From: Patescibacteria group bacterium
Lineage (GTDB): Bacteria; Patescibacteriota; WWE3; UBA101185; UBA10185
Assembly: GCA_049322215.1 (NCBI GenBank)
Contig: JBMORU010000001.1
Span: 1,046,143-1,110,142, forward strand
DNA length: 64,000 nt
Direction of reading: 5' to 3'
Shown here: positions 1-8,095 of the stretch, in pieces
Layout of the letters: each line of letters begins with the position of its first letter
How positions within the stretch are numbered: position 1 is the stretch's first letter
The notes under the pieces: generated by a model
What the model saw: only the letters and a program-made list of their open reading frames with translations
What the model was told of the DNA's origin: nothing
Database searches by the model: none
Position numbers and translations under genes: made by a program

Positions 1-905
1 AAGAAAGGTCTTATAATTCTCCCGTGTTGAGTATAACCCTCTAGTATAGGCTTTAGCACATTTACAGGAATAGCAAACCCTATATTGTCAGCACCAAACG
101 TTGTTGCAACATTTATTCCTATAACTTGTCCAGATGAATTTAACAACGGACCTCCGGAATTGCCTGGGTTTAGAGCTGCATCTGTTTGTACGGCACCTTC
201 ATAAGTTGTCATACTACCTAGACCACCCGACGCTATTAGCTCTCTAGCAATACCTGAAACTACACCAGTTGTAACAGTATTTGAAAATCTACCTAAGGCG
301 TTTCCTATAGCAATTGCTTTTTGCCCAACTTTTATACTATCTGAATCACCTAAATCTACAGCAGGTAAACCACGTGCACTTACTTCTAAAATAGCCAAAT
401 CGGTAGGAGCATCTAAATGTACTGCCTCAACCTCATAAGTTGTACCGTCATTTAAAACTACAGAATATTCCCCTGTCGAATCTACTACGTGAGAATTAGT
501 TATTATAATTCCATTTTCACCAACAATAAAGCCTGTACCAATACCTCCTTCCGAAGAAGTAGGACGCGAAAAAGGATCAAAAAAGTCATATGTAACAGTT
601 TTAATTACAATAGATACAACTGATGGAGAAACTTTATCTACTACGTCAATAACCGACGATTCTTCTTCAACTACTTCCTGCGTCACAAAACTTGTAACAG
701 CGCTTTTATCTTTATTAAATAGACTTGTTAACGAAAACTTTATAGCATTTAACTGAGAAGCAACGTTAGAACCACTATAGTAAGATTTTGCATAAACTAT
801 TAAACCTAAAAAAAGAATAAGCCACAAAATACCACCTAGTGATTTTTTATTGATTTTGCTAAAAAATTTATTTTTTGTTTCTAATTGAGAGTTTATATTA
901 TCCAT
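1..905 (-). CDS. htrA: HtrA/DegP-family trypsin-like serine protease, partial (C-terminus beyond window edge)
   Basis: Minus-strand frame open from ATG at 903-905 to window edge (absent from ORF track, no stop in window). Translation shows an N-terminal TM segment, then '...DAALNPGNSGGPLLNSSGQVIGINVA...', the S1C catalytic-serine motif. Confidence 0.7.
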   Translation of the reverse strand, partial: MDNINSQLETKNKFFSKINKKSLGGILWLILFLGLIVYAKSYYSGSNVASQLNAIKFSLTSLFNKDKSAVTSFVTQEVVEEESSVIDVVDKVSPSVVSIVIKTVTYDFFDPFSRPTSSEGGIGTGFIVGENGIIITNSHVVDSTGEYSVVLNDGTTYEVEAVHLDAPTDLAILEVSARGLPAVDLGDSDSIKVGQKAIAIGNALGRFSNTVTTGVVSGIARELIASGGLGSMTTYEGAVQTDAALNPGNSGGPLLNSSGQVIGINVATTFGADNIGFAIPVNVLKPILEGYTQHGRIIRPF

Positions 906-908
906 AAG

Positions 909-2168
909 CTAAAGACCGGATTTTGCCAATTCTACGGCTTTGTCTAATTGGCTGTCAATATCCTCATTAATTTCTTCAGGTGTACGCTCTACTTCAACGT
1001 CAGGCGTAATACCGGTACCGTGTATCCAAACTTTTTCAGGAGTTAGCCATTTTGCAATAGTCACATGTAAACCAGACCCATCTTCAAAATCTTTGGAATC
1101 TTGAATTGTACCTTTACCAAAACTTTGTTGACCAATTAGAGTAGCGCCTGCATGAGCTTTTAGTGCGGCAGCCACAATTTCTGAGGCAGAGGCACTTCCA
1201 CCGTCGATTAGTACATATACCGGCACATCTTCAAACACCCCTACCCTACCTGCATTAAAGGGTATGTGTTCACCGGTTGCAGTTTCTTCAAACAACACGG
1301 GTTCTCTGCTAAAAAATTCACCGGCAATATGAACTGCTGATTGTAAATACCCACCAGGATTACCACGAACATCTACTATTACTGCATTAAGCTCATCCAT
1401 TTCCACATTAACTGAAGATGCTGCCGCCGACCATTGATCATTGGTATCAGCCCCAAATGTGCTAATTCTAATGTAAGCGATGCCATCACCTAAGTCTTCC
1501 CATGTAACGCTGTCAACTTTTATATCACCACGTGTAATATCAACATCAAACGGTTCCGCAACTCCTTTACGCGCCAAAGTTAGCCTTATACTAGAACCAC
1601 TTTCTCCTCTTATTTTAGCTACTGCTTCTATTATTGTTATGCCTGTAGTGGAATCACCTTCAATAGCAACTATTGCGTCACCTGCTTTAACTCCTGCATC
1701 TTTTGCAGGGGAACCGTCTAGCGGAGCAACAACAATAAGTTGACTATCTCTTATAGCTAATTCAGCACCAATGCCTTGATAAGTTCCATTTAAAGAGTTT
1801 GTGACAGATTCATTAACTGTAGGAGGTAAAAAAGATGTGTAAGGGTCGCCTAGGGAAGAAACCATACCCTGAATGGCACCATAAAGCATTTTTTGAGGAT
1901 CAACAGGGCGCTCTAAATATCTAGAACCTACGGTATCCCAAACTTCCCAAAATAATGCAAAATCTACTGTTTGAGTAGATGGAAGTCTGTTAATTACTTC
2001 AACTTTTGGAGGATTTTTACGCACTTGAAAAACAAAACCACGTTGACCAACATAATAACCGCCATAAAACATGGTTACTGCAATTAAGAAAACTATTAAT
2101 GATCTTTGAAATTTTTCAAAGGCTGTCATACGATTTTTCTTTACTTTGTAAATGAAGAAATTCCTCAA
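909..2168 (-). CDS. ctpA: C-terminal processing (tail-specific) protease, S41 family, with PDZ domain
   Basis: PDZ-like region followed by the 'GGSASASEIVAAAL' S41 serine motif; N-terminal TM anchor. Likely true start at the internal Met (MTAFEKF..., about 2129). Confidence 0.75.
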   Translation of the reverse strand: MRNFFIYKVKKNRMTAFEKFQRSLIVFLIAVTMFYGGYYVGQRGFVFQVRKNPPKVEVINRLPSTQTVDFALFWEVWDTVGSRYLERPVDPQKMLYGAIQGMVSSLGDPYTSFLPPTVNESVTNSLNGTYQGIGAELAIRDSQLIVVAPLDGSPAKDAGVKAGDAIVAIEGDSTTGITIIEAVAKIRGESGSSIRLTLARKGVAEPFDVDITRGDIKVDSVTWEDLGDGIAYIRISTFGADTNDQWSAAASSVNVEMDELNAVIVDVRGNPGGYLQSAVHIAGEFFSREPVLFEETATGEHIPFNAGRVGVFEDVPVYVLIDGGSASASEIVAAALKAHAGATLIGQQSFGKGTIQDSKDFEDGSGLHVTIAKWLTPEKVWIHGTGITPDVEVERTPEEINEDIDSQLDKAVELAKSGL

Positions 2169-3174
2169 GATCGCTTTCGAAATCTAAAGAAATTAAATTT
2201 GGAAACGTAACTTCTATAACCTTCTCTGCGTCGTCAAGCTTAACATATATCTTTTCTTTTTGCACGTCCTCTATGGTTCCAACCCAGCCAAAATAAGGTT
2301 TTTCGAAGACCTGTACAATCATACCCTTTTTAGGCACTTTCAAAAAAGTACGCGGTTTGTTTTTTCGCACAAGGTTTACATCAAACTTTTGAGGAACAGG
2401 CACCCTGATAAGCTCACGTTCTCCCTGAACAAAAATAAATCTATTTGAAATATCTTTTAGGGCGTTAAAAATAAATGGGGGTGTTGGTATATTTCCATGC
2501 CCAGAAAATACTCCTAAAAATAAGTTGCTTTTCTTGGCTAAGTCAAAGCCATATTTATCGGCGCCTCCGGCCAAAACACCGCCAACTCCCATAGAAATAG
2601 CCTTTTTTAGTAAATTTATGCTTGCATAATTACCTGTATAAATTATTTTTCCAAACACATTCTTAGTAAATTTCTCAAGATATTGCATTTCAAGTATGGG
2701 AGAAGGATTTGGAAAAACTATTAATTCCCCCGCAAAACTGTTATCTGTGCAGGCTGCTAAATGTAAATCTAAAGTTTGAGTTTTAAGTAAAATAGATTTT
2801 TTATCTACAATACCCGCAACTTCTCCCCAAACACCAGAGAGTAACCAATAATCTCTTTGATCTTGACGGAAAACAAGTTTATCCTTTTCTGAAACTAGAT
2901 AGCCATCAAACGGGGCTATTAAATTACCTGAACTAGAAGTACCAATAACTTCACCATTATAAAAGTAGCTGCCAATATTTTTATCTTTTTTAAATTGAAG
3001 CCCGTTAGGAACTGGCATAACTCCGTATGAAATTTTAGTCATGCCCAATTTTGTAAAGGGCTCCACTGAAACACCTATTTTGGCTACAATATCTCCGCTG
3101 CTTGGCAAAGTACGCTCAATGTATATGTTGTTCGAATAAGCTGCTTTTCGTGCCACAAGCAAACGCAAACTCAT
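2116..3174 (-). CDS. hypothetical protein (no TM; KOW-like C-terminal segment)
   Basis: 352-aa ORF immediately downstream of the PilM-like gene; no recognisable catalytic motifs. Confidence 0.4.
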   Translation of the reverse strand: MSLRLLVARKAAYSNNIYIERTLPSSGDIVAKIGVSVEPFTKLGMTKISYGVMPVPNGLQFKKDKNIGSYFYNGEVIGTSSSGNLIAPFDGYLVSEKDKLVFRQDQRDYWLLSGVWGEVAGIVDKKSILLKTQTLDLHLAACTDNSFAGELIVFPNPSPILEMQYLEKFTKNVFGKIIYTGNYASINLLKKAISMGVGGVLAGGADKYGFDLAKKSNLFLGVFSGHGNIPTPPFIFNALKDISNRFIFVQGERELIRVPVPQKFDVNLVRKNKPRTFLKVPKKGMIVQVFEKPYFGWVGTIEDVQKEKIYVKLDDAEKVIEVTFPNLISLDFESDLEEFLHLQSKEKSYDSL

Positions 3175-4211
3175 AAGTCCCCCACCCTAGAGCTTATTAC
3201 ATGCTCAAACAAACGCAATTCCTTTTCCGAATAATTTTCAATAAATGAAGCGTAGCTTTGCTTCAAACGTGTATCAATCACAAATCCCAACTCACCGCCT
3301 ATAACAAAACGATCCAATGTTCCCATAACATCGCTTTTTATAAGTACTCGAGCTTGCGCACCAACCTCTAAGGGAAATAAAAACAGATCGTTAGACCCAA
3401 TATCAACAAGTTGTGATGTTCCTAATTCTGTTTCAAATAAACACTCAACCCCACCGGGAACATTCAATAAGGTTCCAAGAGGTTTGTAGTTCACGTCTTT
3501 TATGGAGTCAAATAAAGCACTGTTGTAAGAATTTAAAAGAGCAAGTGGAGCTACTCTGTTAGCTGCATCTAAATAAAGCTCAAAAAAGCCAGCATTAGAT
3601 ATTAAGTCCAACATAAGCAAATAGGCTAAATCCCAGCGTTCGGTTGCAGCATTAAATCTATCACCAGTAAAAACTACTGGAATCTCAGGGTCTAAAACTA
3701 AACCATTAAGCTGTGAGCGAGTAGCATTGTCAAAGTCCAGTTGTTCTGCACTATTAATGGGCTTAACAAATGGATATATTGTTAAGTTGGCTAAAAAATT
3801 CGCCTCCTCAGAACGAGCGATGTCTTCTCTTGAGTCATCAGAAGTATCAGGCAACAAACTTCGTTCAATAGGTACACCCGATTCAATAACTTTATGTCTA
3901 TCAACATAAACATACTTATAACCATTTATAGAATTTAACGCCTTATCTAAGGTAATGCAGTGACTGTTAGAAATGTCACAGTGATCTTCTGGGTAACTGC
4001 ATACAAGAATTTCTAAATCTTTAGATGGAAGCCTATGCGTTTTAACTGCATGCTGAAACACCTTGTCGTAAAAGCTATTTCTATCTAAATAATTTCCGTA
4101 AATATTTGAAGAATAAATATAAGGCATACCAAAAAATTTATAGTTTAATGGGGACGAAAAATACAAAAAAGATATTTCTGATGATCCTATATGAGCAGCT
4201 AATACGGGCAT
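3171..4211 (-). CDS. actin-fold ATPase-like protein (PilM/FtsA family-like), hypothetical
   Basis: N-terminal 'LAAHIGSSEISFLYF' resembles the PilM 'vGiDiGsssikvvel' phosphate-1 motif; later 'VDIGSNDL' and 'VIGGELG' motifs. 4-nt overlap with the downstream ORF. Confidence 0.35.
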   Translation of the reverse strand: MPVLAAHIGSSEISFLYFSSPLNYKFFGMPYIYSSNIYGNYLDRNSFYDKVFQHAVKTHRLPSKDLEILVCSYPEDHCDISNSHCITLDKALNSINGYKYVYVDRHKVIESGVPIERSLLPDTSDDSREDIARSEEANFLANLTIYPFVKPINSAEQLDFDNATRSQLNGLVLDPEIPVVFTGDRFNAATERWDLAYLLMLDLISNAGFFELYLDAANRVAPLALLNSYNSALFDSIKDVNYKPLGTLLNVPGGVECLFETELGTSQLVDIGSNDLFLFPLEVGAQARVLIKSDVMGTLDRFVIGGELGFVIDTRLKQSYASFIENYSEKELRLFEHVISSRVGDL

Positions 4212-4245
4212 AAATAAATGATAACATCCTTAAATTTTATGTGAA

Positions 4246-4276
4246 ACAACAAAAAAACCCGTGGACATGCCACGGG
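4246..4276 (-). terminator. rho-independent terminator of the rpsF-ssb-rpsR operon
   Basis: Perfect 7-bp stem CCCGTGG/CCACGGG (4258-4276) with a 5-nt loop, followed on the minus strand by UUUUUUUGUUGUUU. Confidence 0.6.
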
Positions 4277-4300
4277 TTAGTTTTTCTTATAAACACTATA

Positions 4301-4546
4301 TTATATTGCGTGATGATCTGTATAAGGCAACAAGGCCATAAACCTTGATTTTTTTACTTCCCTTGATAAAGATCTTTGATGTTTACTGCAAACACCAGAA
4401 CGACTTGCAGGAATAAGCTTTCCTCTATCCGAGATAAATCTTCTTAAGACCAACACTTCTTTATAGTTTGGTTCAGTGTCATTGCTTGAAAAATAACAAG
4501 CTGTATCAGTTAGTTGTTTCTTTTTGTTTTTTGTTTTTTTTGCCAT
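4301..4546 (-). CDS. rpsR: 30S ribosomal protein S18
   Basis: 'YKEVLVLRRFISDRGKLIP...CSKHQR.L...K.SRFMALLPY' matches the S18 signature. Confidence 0.85.
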   Translation of the reverse strand: MAKKTKNKKKQLTDTACYFSSNDTEPNYKEVLVLRRFISDRGKLIPASRSGVCSKHQRSLSREVKKSRFMALLPYTDHHAI

Positions 4547-4569
4547 AAATACTTGTTTAACCTTTATTA

Positions 4570-5013
4570 TTAATCTTCAGCGTTTAAGAAATCCTCTATA
4601 TCACCTAAATCATCCTCTTGTGCATCCGAAGGGCTTGCATGTGAATCAGATACTGGGTGAGAATCACCATCTTCATCATCTTTTCTACTGGACAAAACAA
4701 TCATTTCTTCAATTACAACTTCTGTTTTGTATCTTTTTTCACCTGAGTCATTTACCCAATCACGCGTTTGTAATCTTCCTTCAACATAAACTTTAGTACC
4801 CTTGGTTAATAGTTGAGAGCAAAGTTCTGCTAATTTGTTCCAAGCCACAATATTGTGAAATTCTGTAGATTCTTTCTTTTCACCTTCTGATTTCCACTCT
4901 CTGTTAGTTGCAACACCAAAGCCTACAACGGCATGACCTTGAGGTGTGTATCTTAGTTCAGGATCTCTAGTTAGATTTCCAACTAAAATTACTTTGTTTA
5001 CGCTTCTTGCCAT
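4570..5013 (-). CDS. ssb: single-stranded DNA-binding protein
   Basis: OB-fold N-terminus 'KVILVGNLTRDPELRYTPQG', acidic C-terminal tail ending DIEDF; sits between rpsF and rpsR. Confidence 0.85.
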   Translation of the reverse strand: MARSVNKVILVGNLTRDPELRYTPQGHAVVGFGVATNREWKSEGEKKESTEFHNIVAWNKLAELCSQLLTKGTKVYVEGRLQTRDWVNDSGEKRYKTEVVIEEMIVLSSRKDDEDGDSHPVSDSHASPSDAQEDDLGDIEDFLNAED

Positions 5014-5035
5014 AGGACCTCCCTACAACCGTGAT

Positions 5036-5317
5036 TTAAACGGTACTAATTAAATATCTTACTAAACCTTCTAAGAGGTTTAACTTTTGTTTGAATATTG
5101 CCACCGATTCAGGAGCCATTTCAAAAGTTATAACTTCGTAATAGCCCTCTGACTCGTGATCAATTTCATAGGCGAATTTTCTTTTACCCCAAACATCGCT
5201 GTTCAAAACAGTACCTTTATTACTACTGATTAAATCCTTAACAGCATTTGATAGTTTAGTAGTATTTTTTTCACCTAAACTGATATGTGCAATTGTCATT
5301 ATCTCGTACTTCTTCAT
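5036..5317 (-). CDS. rpsF: 30S ribosomal protein S6
   Basis: 'MKKYEIMTI...' aligns with the S6 N-terminus (MRHYEIV...); start taken at the internal Met (track ORF extends to 5335). Classic rpsF-ssb-rpsR operon. Confidence 0.8.
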   Translation of the reverse strand: MKKYEIMTIAHISLGEKNTTKLSNAVKDLISSNKGTVLNSDVWGKRKFAYEIDHESEGYYEVITFEMAPESVAIFKQKLNLLEGLVRYLISTV

Positions 5318-5445
5318 ATACCTTTTATTATACAAATTTAATTAACGTAAGCTACACCGAAAGTTCTAGTAATATTAGAACCATAAGATATTTAATATAG
5401 CGTGCAGAATAATACATGAGTACTATAAGTAATGCAAGGCTATAG

Positions 5446-6606
5446 TTATACGCTAAACCTAAACTCAACAACATCACCCTCTTGCATTACATAGTCTTTA
5501 CCTTCTATTCTAATTAGACCTTTCTCCTTGGCAACTTTAAAACTTCCACATGACTTTAGTGCTTCAAATGAGACTATTTCAGCAGATATAAACCCACGCT
5601 CAAAGTCAGAATGAATAACACCCGCCGCCTTTGGTGCGGTATCTCCCGATTTAACTGTCCAGGCACGCACTTCTTTAGGCCCTGCAGTTAAATATGTTTG
5701 TAAACCCAAAATATTATAACCACGTTTTATTATTTTATCTAAACCGCTAACTTTTAAACCTAACTCATTCATGTATTCTAAACGCTCCCCATCAGACAAT
5801 TGCACTAGCTCTTCTTCTAACTTTGCGCACAAATACACAACATTAGAATCAAAATTGAACAAACTCTTTTTTTCTTCGCTTAAATTTTGAGTAAGTTCAC
5901 TAATCAGTTCTTCTTTATTTGTCATGCTCATAGTTTCCTCATCTATATTAAAAGCATATATAACAGGTTTTTGTGTAAGTAAGTTTAGATCTTTTATAAG
6001 TTTTACTTCGTTTTCAGTTAGCGCCACTGTGCTAGCAAAACAGCCCTTATTTAATGCAACCTCTAGCTTTTCATATATTTCTAACTGCTTATAGGCCTCT
6101 TTAGAATTCATTTTCTTTGCTAGCTGCTGCGCTTTACTTATTCTTCCTTCTAAAGATTGTAAATCTGCAAGTATTAATTCGGTGTTTATTACTTCAATAT
6201 CAGATATAGGATCAGTAGAATCTGCTCTGATAACATTCTCATCTGCAAAAGCCCTAACTACATGAACAAGCGCATTCACATCTCTAATATGACTTAAAAA
6301 CTGATTGCCTAAGCCTTCACCTTTATGCGCACCTTTTACAAGTCCTGCAATGTCATAAAAAGTCACAGTAGCAGGAATTATTTTTTCGGGTATTTCCCTA
6401 TCCCCTACTTTGGCGCCAAAATCGTGCTTAATAATTTCAGCTAAATCTAAAAGTCTGCTATCAGGTACATCTACAATACCCATGTTTGGTTCTATTGTTG
6501 CAAAGGGATAATTAGCTGCTAACGCAGCTTGCCTTTTTAATAAAGCGTTAAATAATGTAGATTTTCCTACGTTGGGTAATCCAACAATTCCTATTGATAG
6601 TGCCAT
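5446..6606 (-). CDS. ychF: ribosome-binding ATPase YchF (Obg-family GTPase)
   Basis: 'GIVGLPNVGKSTLFNALL' P-loop, G-domain, C-terminal TGS domain. Confidence 0.9.
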   Translation of the reverse strand: MALSIGIVGLPNVGKSTLFNALLKRQAALAANYPFATIEPNMGIVDVPDSRLLDLAEIIKHDFGAKVGDREIPEKIIPATVTFYDIAGLVKGAHKGEGLGNQFLSHIRDVNALVHVVRAFADENVIRADSTDPISDIEVINTELILADLQSLEGRISKAQQLAKKMNSKEAYKQLEIYEKLEVALNKGCFASTVALTENEVKLIKDLNLLTQKPVIYAFNIDEETMSMTNKEELISELTQNLSEEKKSLFNFDSNVVYLCAKLEEELVQLSDGERLEYMNELGLKVSGLDKIIKRGYNILGLQTYLTAGPKEVRAWTVKSGDTAPKAAGVIHSDFERGFISAEIVSFEALKSCGSFKVAKEKGLIRIEGKDYVMQEGDVVEFRFSV

Positions 6607-6685
6607 AAACGGGATTATAGCTTAATAAATTACATTAGCAAAACATATACTTTTTCACCTATACTATGTACTGTAATATTTAAGT

Positions 6686-7405
6686 ATGGCAGAAGCAGTT
6701 TTAGAAATTGAACCCTCGTTTTATGAAAAAATGGACCCAGAAAAGGTACCTGAAATACCTAGATATGTAGATGAAGCGGCAGAGGTTTTTGCAGAACTTT
6801 TAGGCAATGGAACACCTGAGTTTAAACAAGCTCTGCAACAAGAAACTGTAAACTCTATTATTGGTATACATAAAAGTGCCCTTGAGCGAGAAGAAAAAGC
6901 AAAGTTAATTAGGGCTACGCTTAGGGTCTCTTTACCTCTTTTCATAGGAGAAAATAACAAAAGAAATGAAGCAGGAATTTTTGGTGAAGTTTCTACACAT
7001 TTAGCTTTAGAACAACTACAATTCGGTGTACAAGATCCATCTGAAGAAGACGATTTATGGGGAATTGACATGTGGGTAGATTCAAAAGGTGGAACACCCC
7101 CCTGGGCTGTACAAGTAAAAACCAACGCCAAACTTGAAGAACCCGTGGTGCATAGATTAATGACCACGCCCGGAGGAAATCTTGCAAATTCAGATTTACC
7201 TTACTCTTATCACACAAGTGCACAAAACATGCTAGACAGAATTACTAACTTAAACATAGATGCACCCGCACTTTTAATTGAAATACCAGGAGGAGACAAT
7301 ACAGAATATGGAACATACAATTCTATAACAGGTGCGCCTTCCGACCGCTATGTGAACGACCTATATGATAAAATAGAAAGCGTAATGTTCACGGAGGAAT
7401 ATTGA
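6686..7405 (+). CDS. hypothetical protein with a PD-(D/E)XK nuclease-like motif arrangement
   Basis: 'GIFGEVSTHLALEQL' helix with conserved E, then 'WGIDMWVD' (D) and 'AVQVKTN' (QxK): order and spacing typical of restriction-endonuclease-fold proteins. Confidence 0.4.
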   Translation: MAEAVLEIEPSFYEKMDPEKVPEIPRYVDEAAEVFAELLGNGTPEFKQALQQETVNSIIGIHKSALEREEKAKLIRATLRVSLPLFIGENNKRNEAGIFGEVSTHLALEQLQFGVQDPSEEDDLWGIDMWVDSKGGTPPWAVQVKTNAKLEEPVVHRLMTTPGGNLANSDLPYSYHTSAQNMLDRITNLNIDAPALLIEIPGGDNTEYGTYNSITGAPSDRYVNDLYDKIESVMFTEEY

Positions 7406-7596
7406 TGAATACAGTGAATTGTGCCCAAACTCAGGCAATACTAAAAAAAATTGTGGAAAATCCCAAAATAGCTACAGAAAGTGAAAAAGCAAAAGCTGTT
7501 GTACACACAGCAACTTGTGAAGAATGTGCAACTTATTTACTTGCAATCACAAAACAAAATGATCCCACTAAGATTTCCACTATTCTGGGATATTAA
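7402..7596 (+). CDS. small Cys-containing hypothetical protein, translationally coupled
   Basis: ATGA start/stop overlap with the upstream 239-aa ORF; 64 aa with C7...C39-E-E-C42. Confidence 0.35.
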   Translation: MMNTVNCAQTQAILKKIVENPKIATESEKAKAVVHTATCEECATYLLAITKQNDPTKISTILGY

Positions 7597-7663
7597 AAAA
7601 TAAAGGAAGGTGTAAACATTTATTCAGAAAAATGCTTACCCTTCCTATTTACATGATTATTTA

Positions 7664-7990
7664 TTACGAGGTTTTGCTATGCTTCTTTTTGAGTAAGTTT
7701 GCAGGCACCTGTAAAAATGTAACCCCATACTGCTTACCCTTTTGACGTGGCCGCATGCAATGAGCGTTGTTACAAATAAACCCACGCCGTGCCATATGAA
7801 CATCGTTATGACCGTTAAAGTTTTGACCGGTCATTTGCTTAAACATAACCGCAACACCCCTCGCTTCATGATTAGCATCCACACGGTGGTGTCTAAAAGC
7901 GGCTCCGCAAGAACACCACTTAAGCGTGTTTCGCGGTGGAACATCGTGATCTTTTGAACAAAACAAACAAGTAACTCGTAAATTAGACAT
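7664..7990 (-). CDS. Cys/His-rich hypothetical protein (possible zinc-ribbon/HNH-like)
   Basis: 108 aa with CxxC, CSC, 'RHHRVDANHE', 'HNDVH', 'CNNAHC'. GC content clearly higher than its neighbours. Confidence 0.4.
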   Translation of the reverse strand: MSNLRVTCLFCSKDHDVPPRNTLKWCSCGAAFRHHRVDANHEARGVAVMFKQMTGQNFNGHNDVHMARRGFICNNAHCMRPRQKGKQYGVTFLQVPANLLKKKHSKTS

Positions 7991-8095
7991 ACGTCTACTC
8001 CTTTTTTATATTTGAAAGTATTGGGGCATGATTATACCCCATAGCTACAGCAACCTCAATTACCTCTCCAGTCTAAATATGCTACCATTATTACA

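Noticed and set aside
1480-1743. Short plus/minus track ORFs embedded in well-supported genes (e.g. 1480..1743, 3727..3909, 4524..4796, 6721..7167, 8211..8396, 13900..14154, 23442..23717)
   Set aside because: Each lies entirely antisense or out of frame within a longer ORF that has clear homology motifs; treated as spurious.
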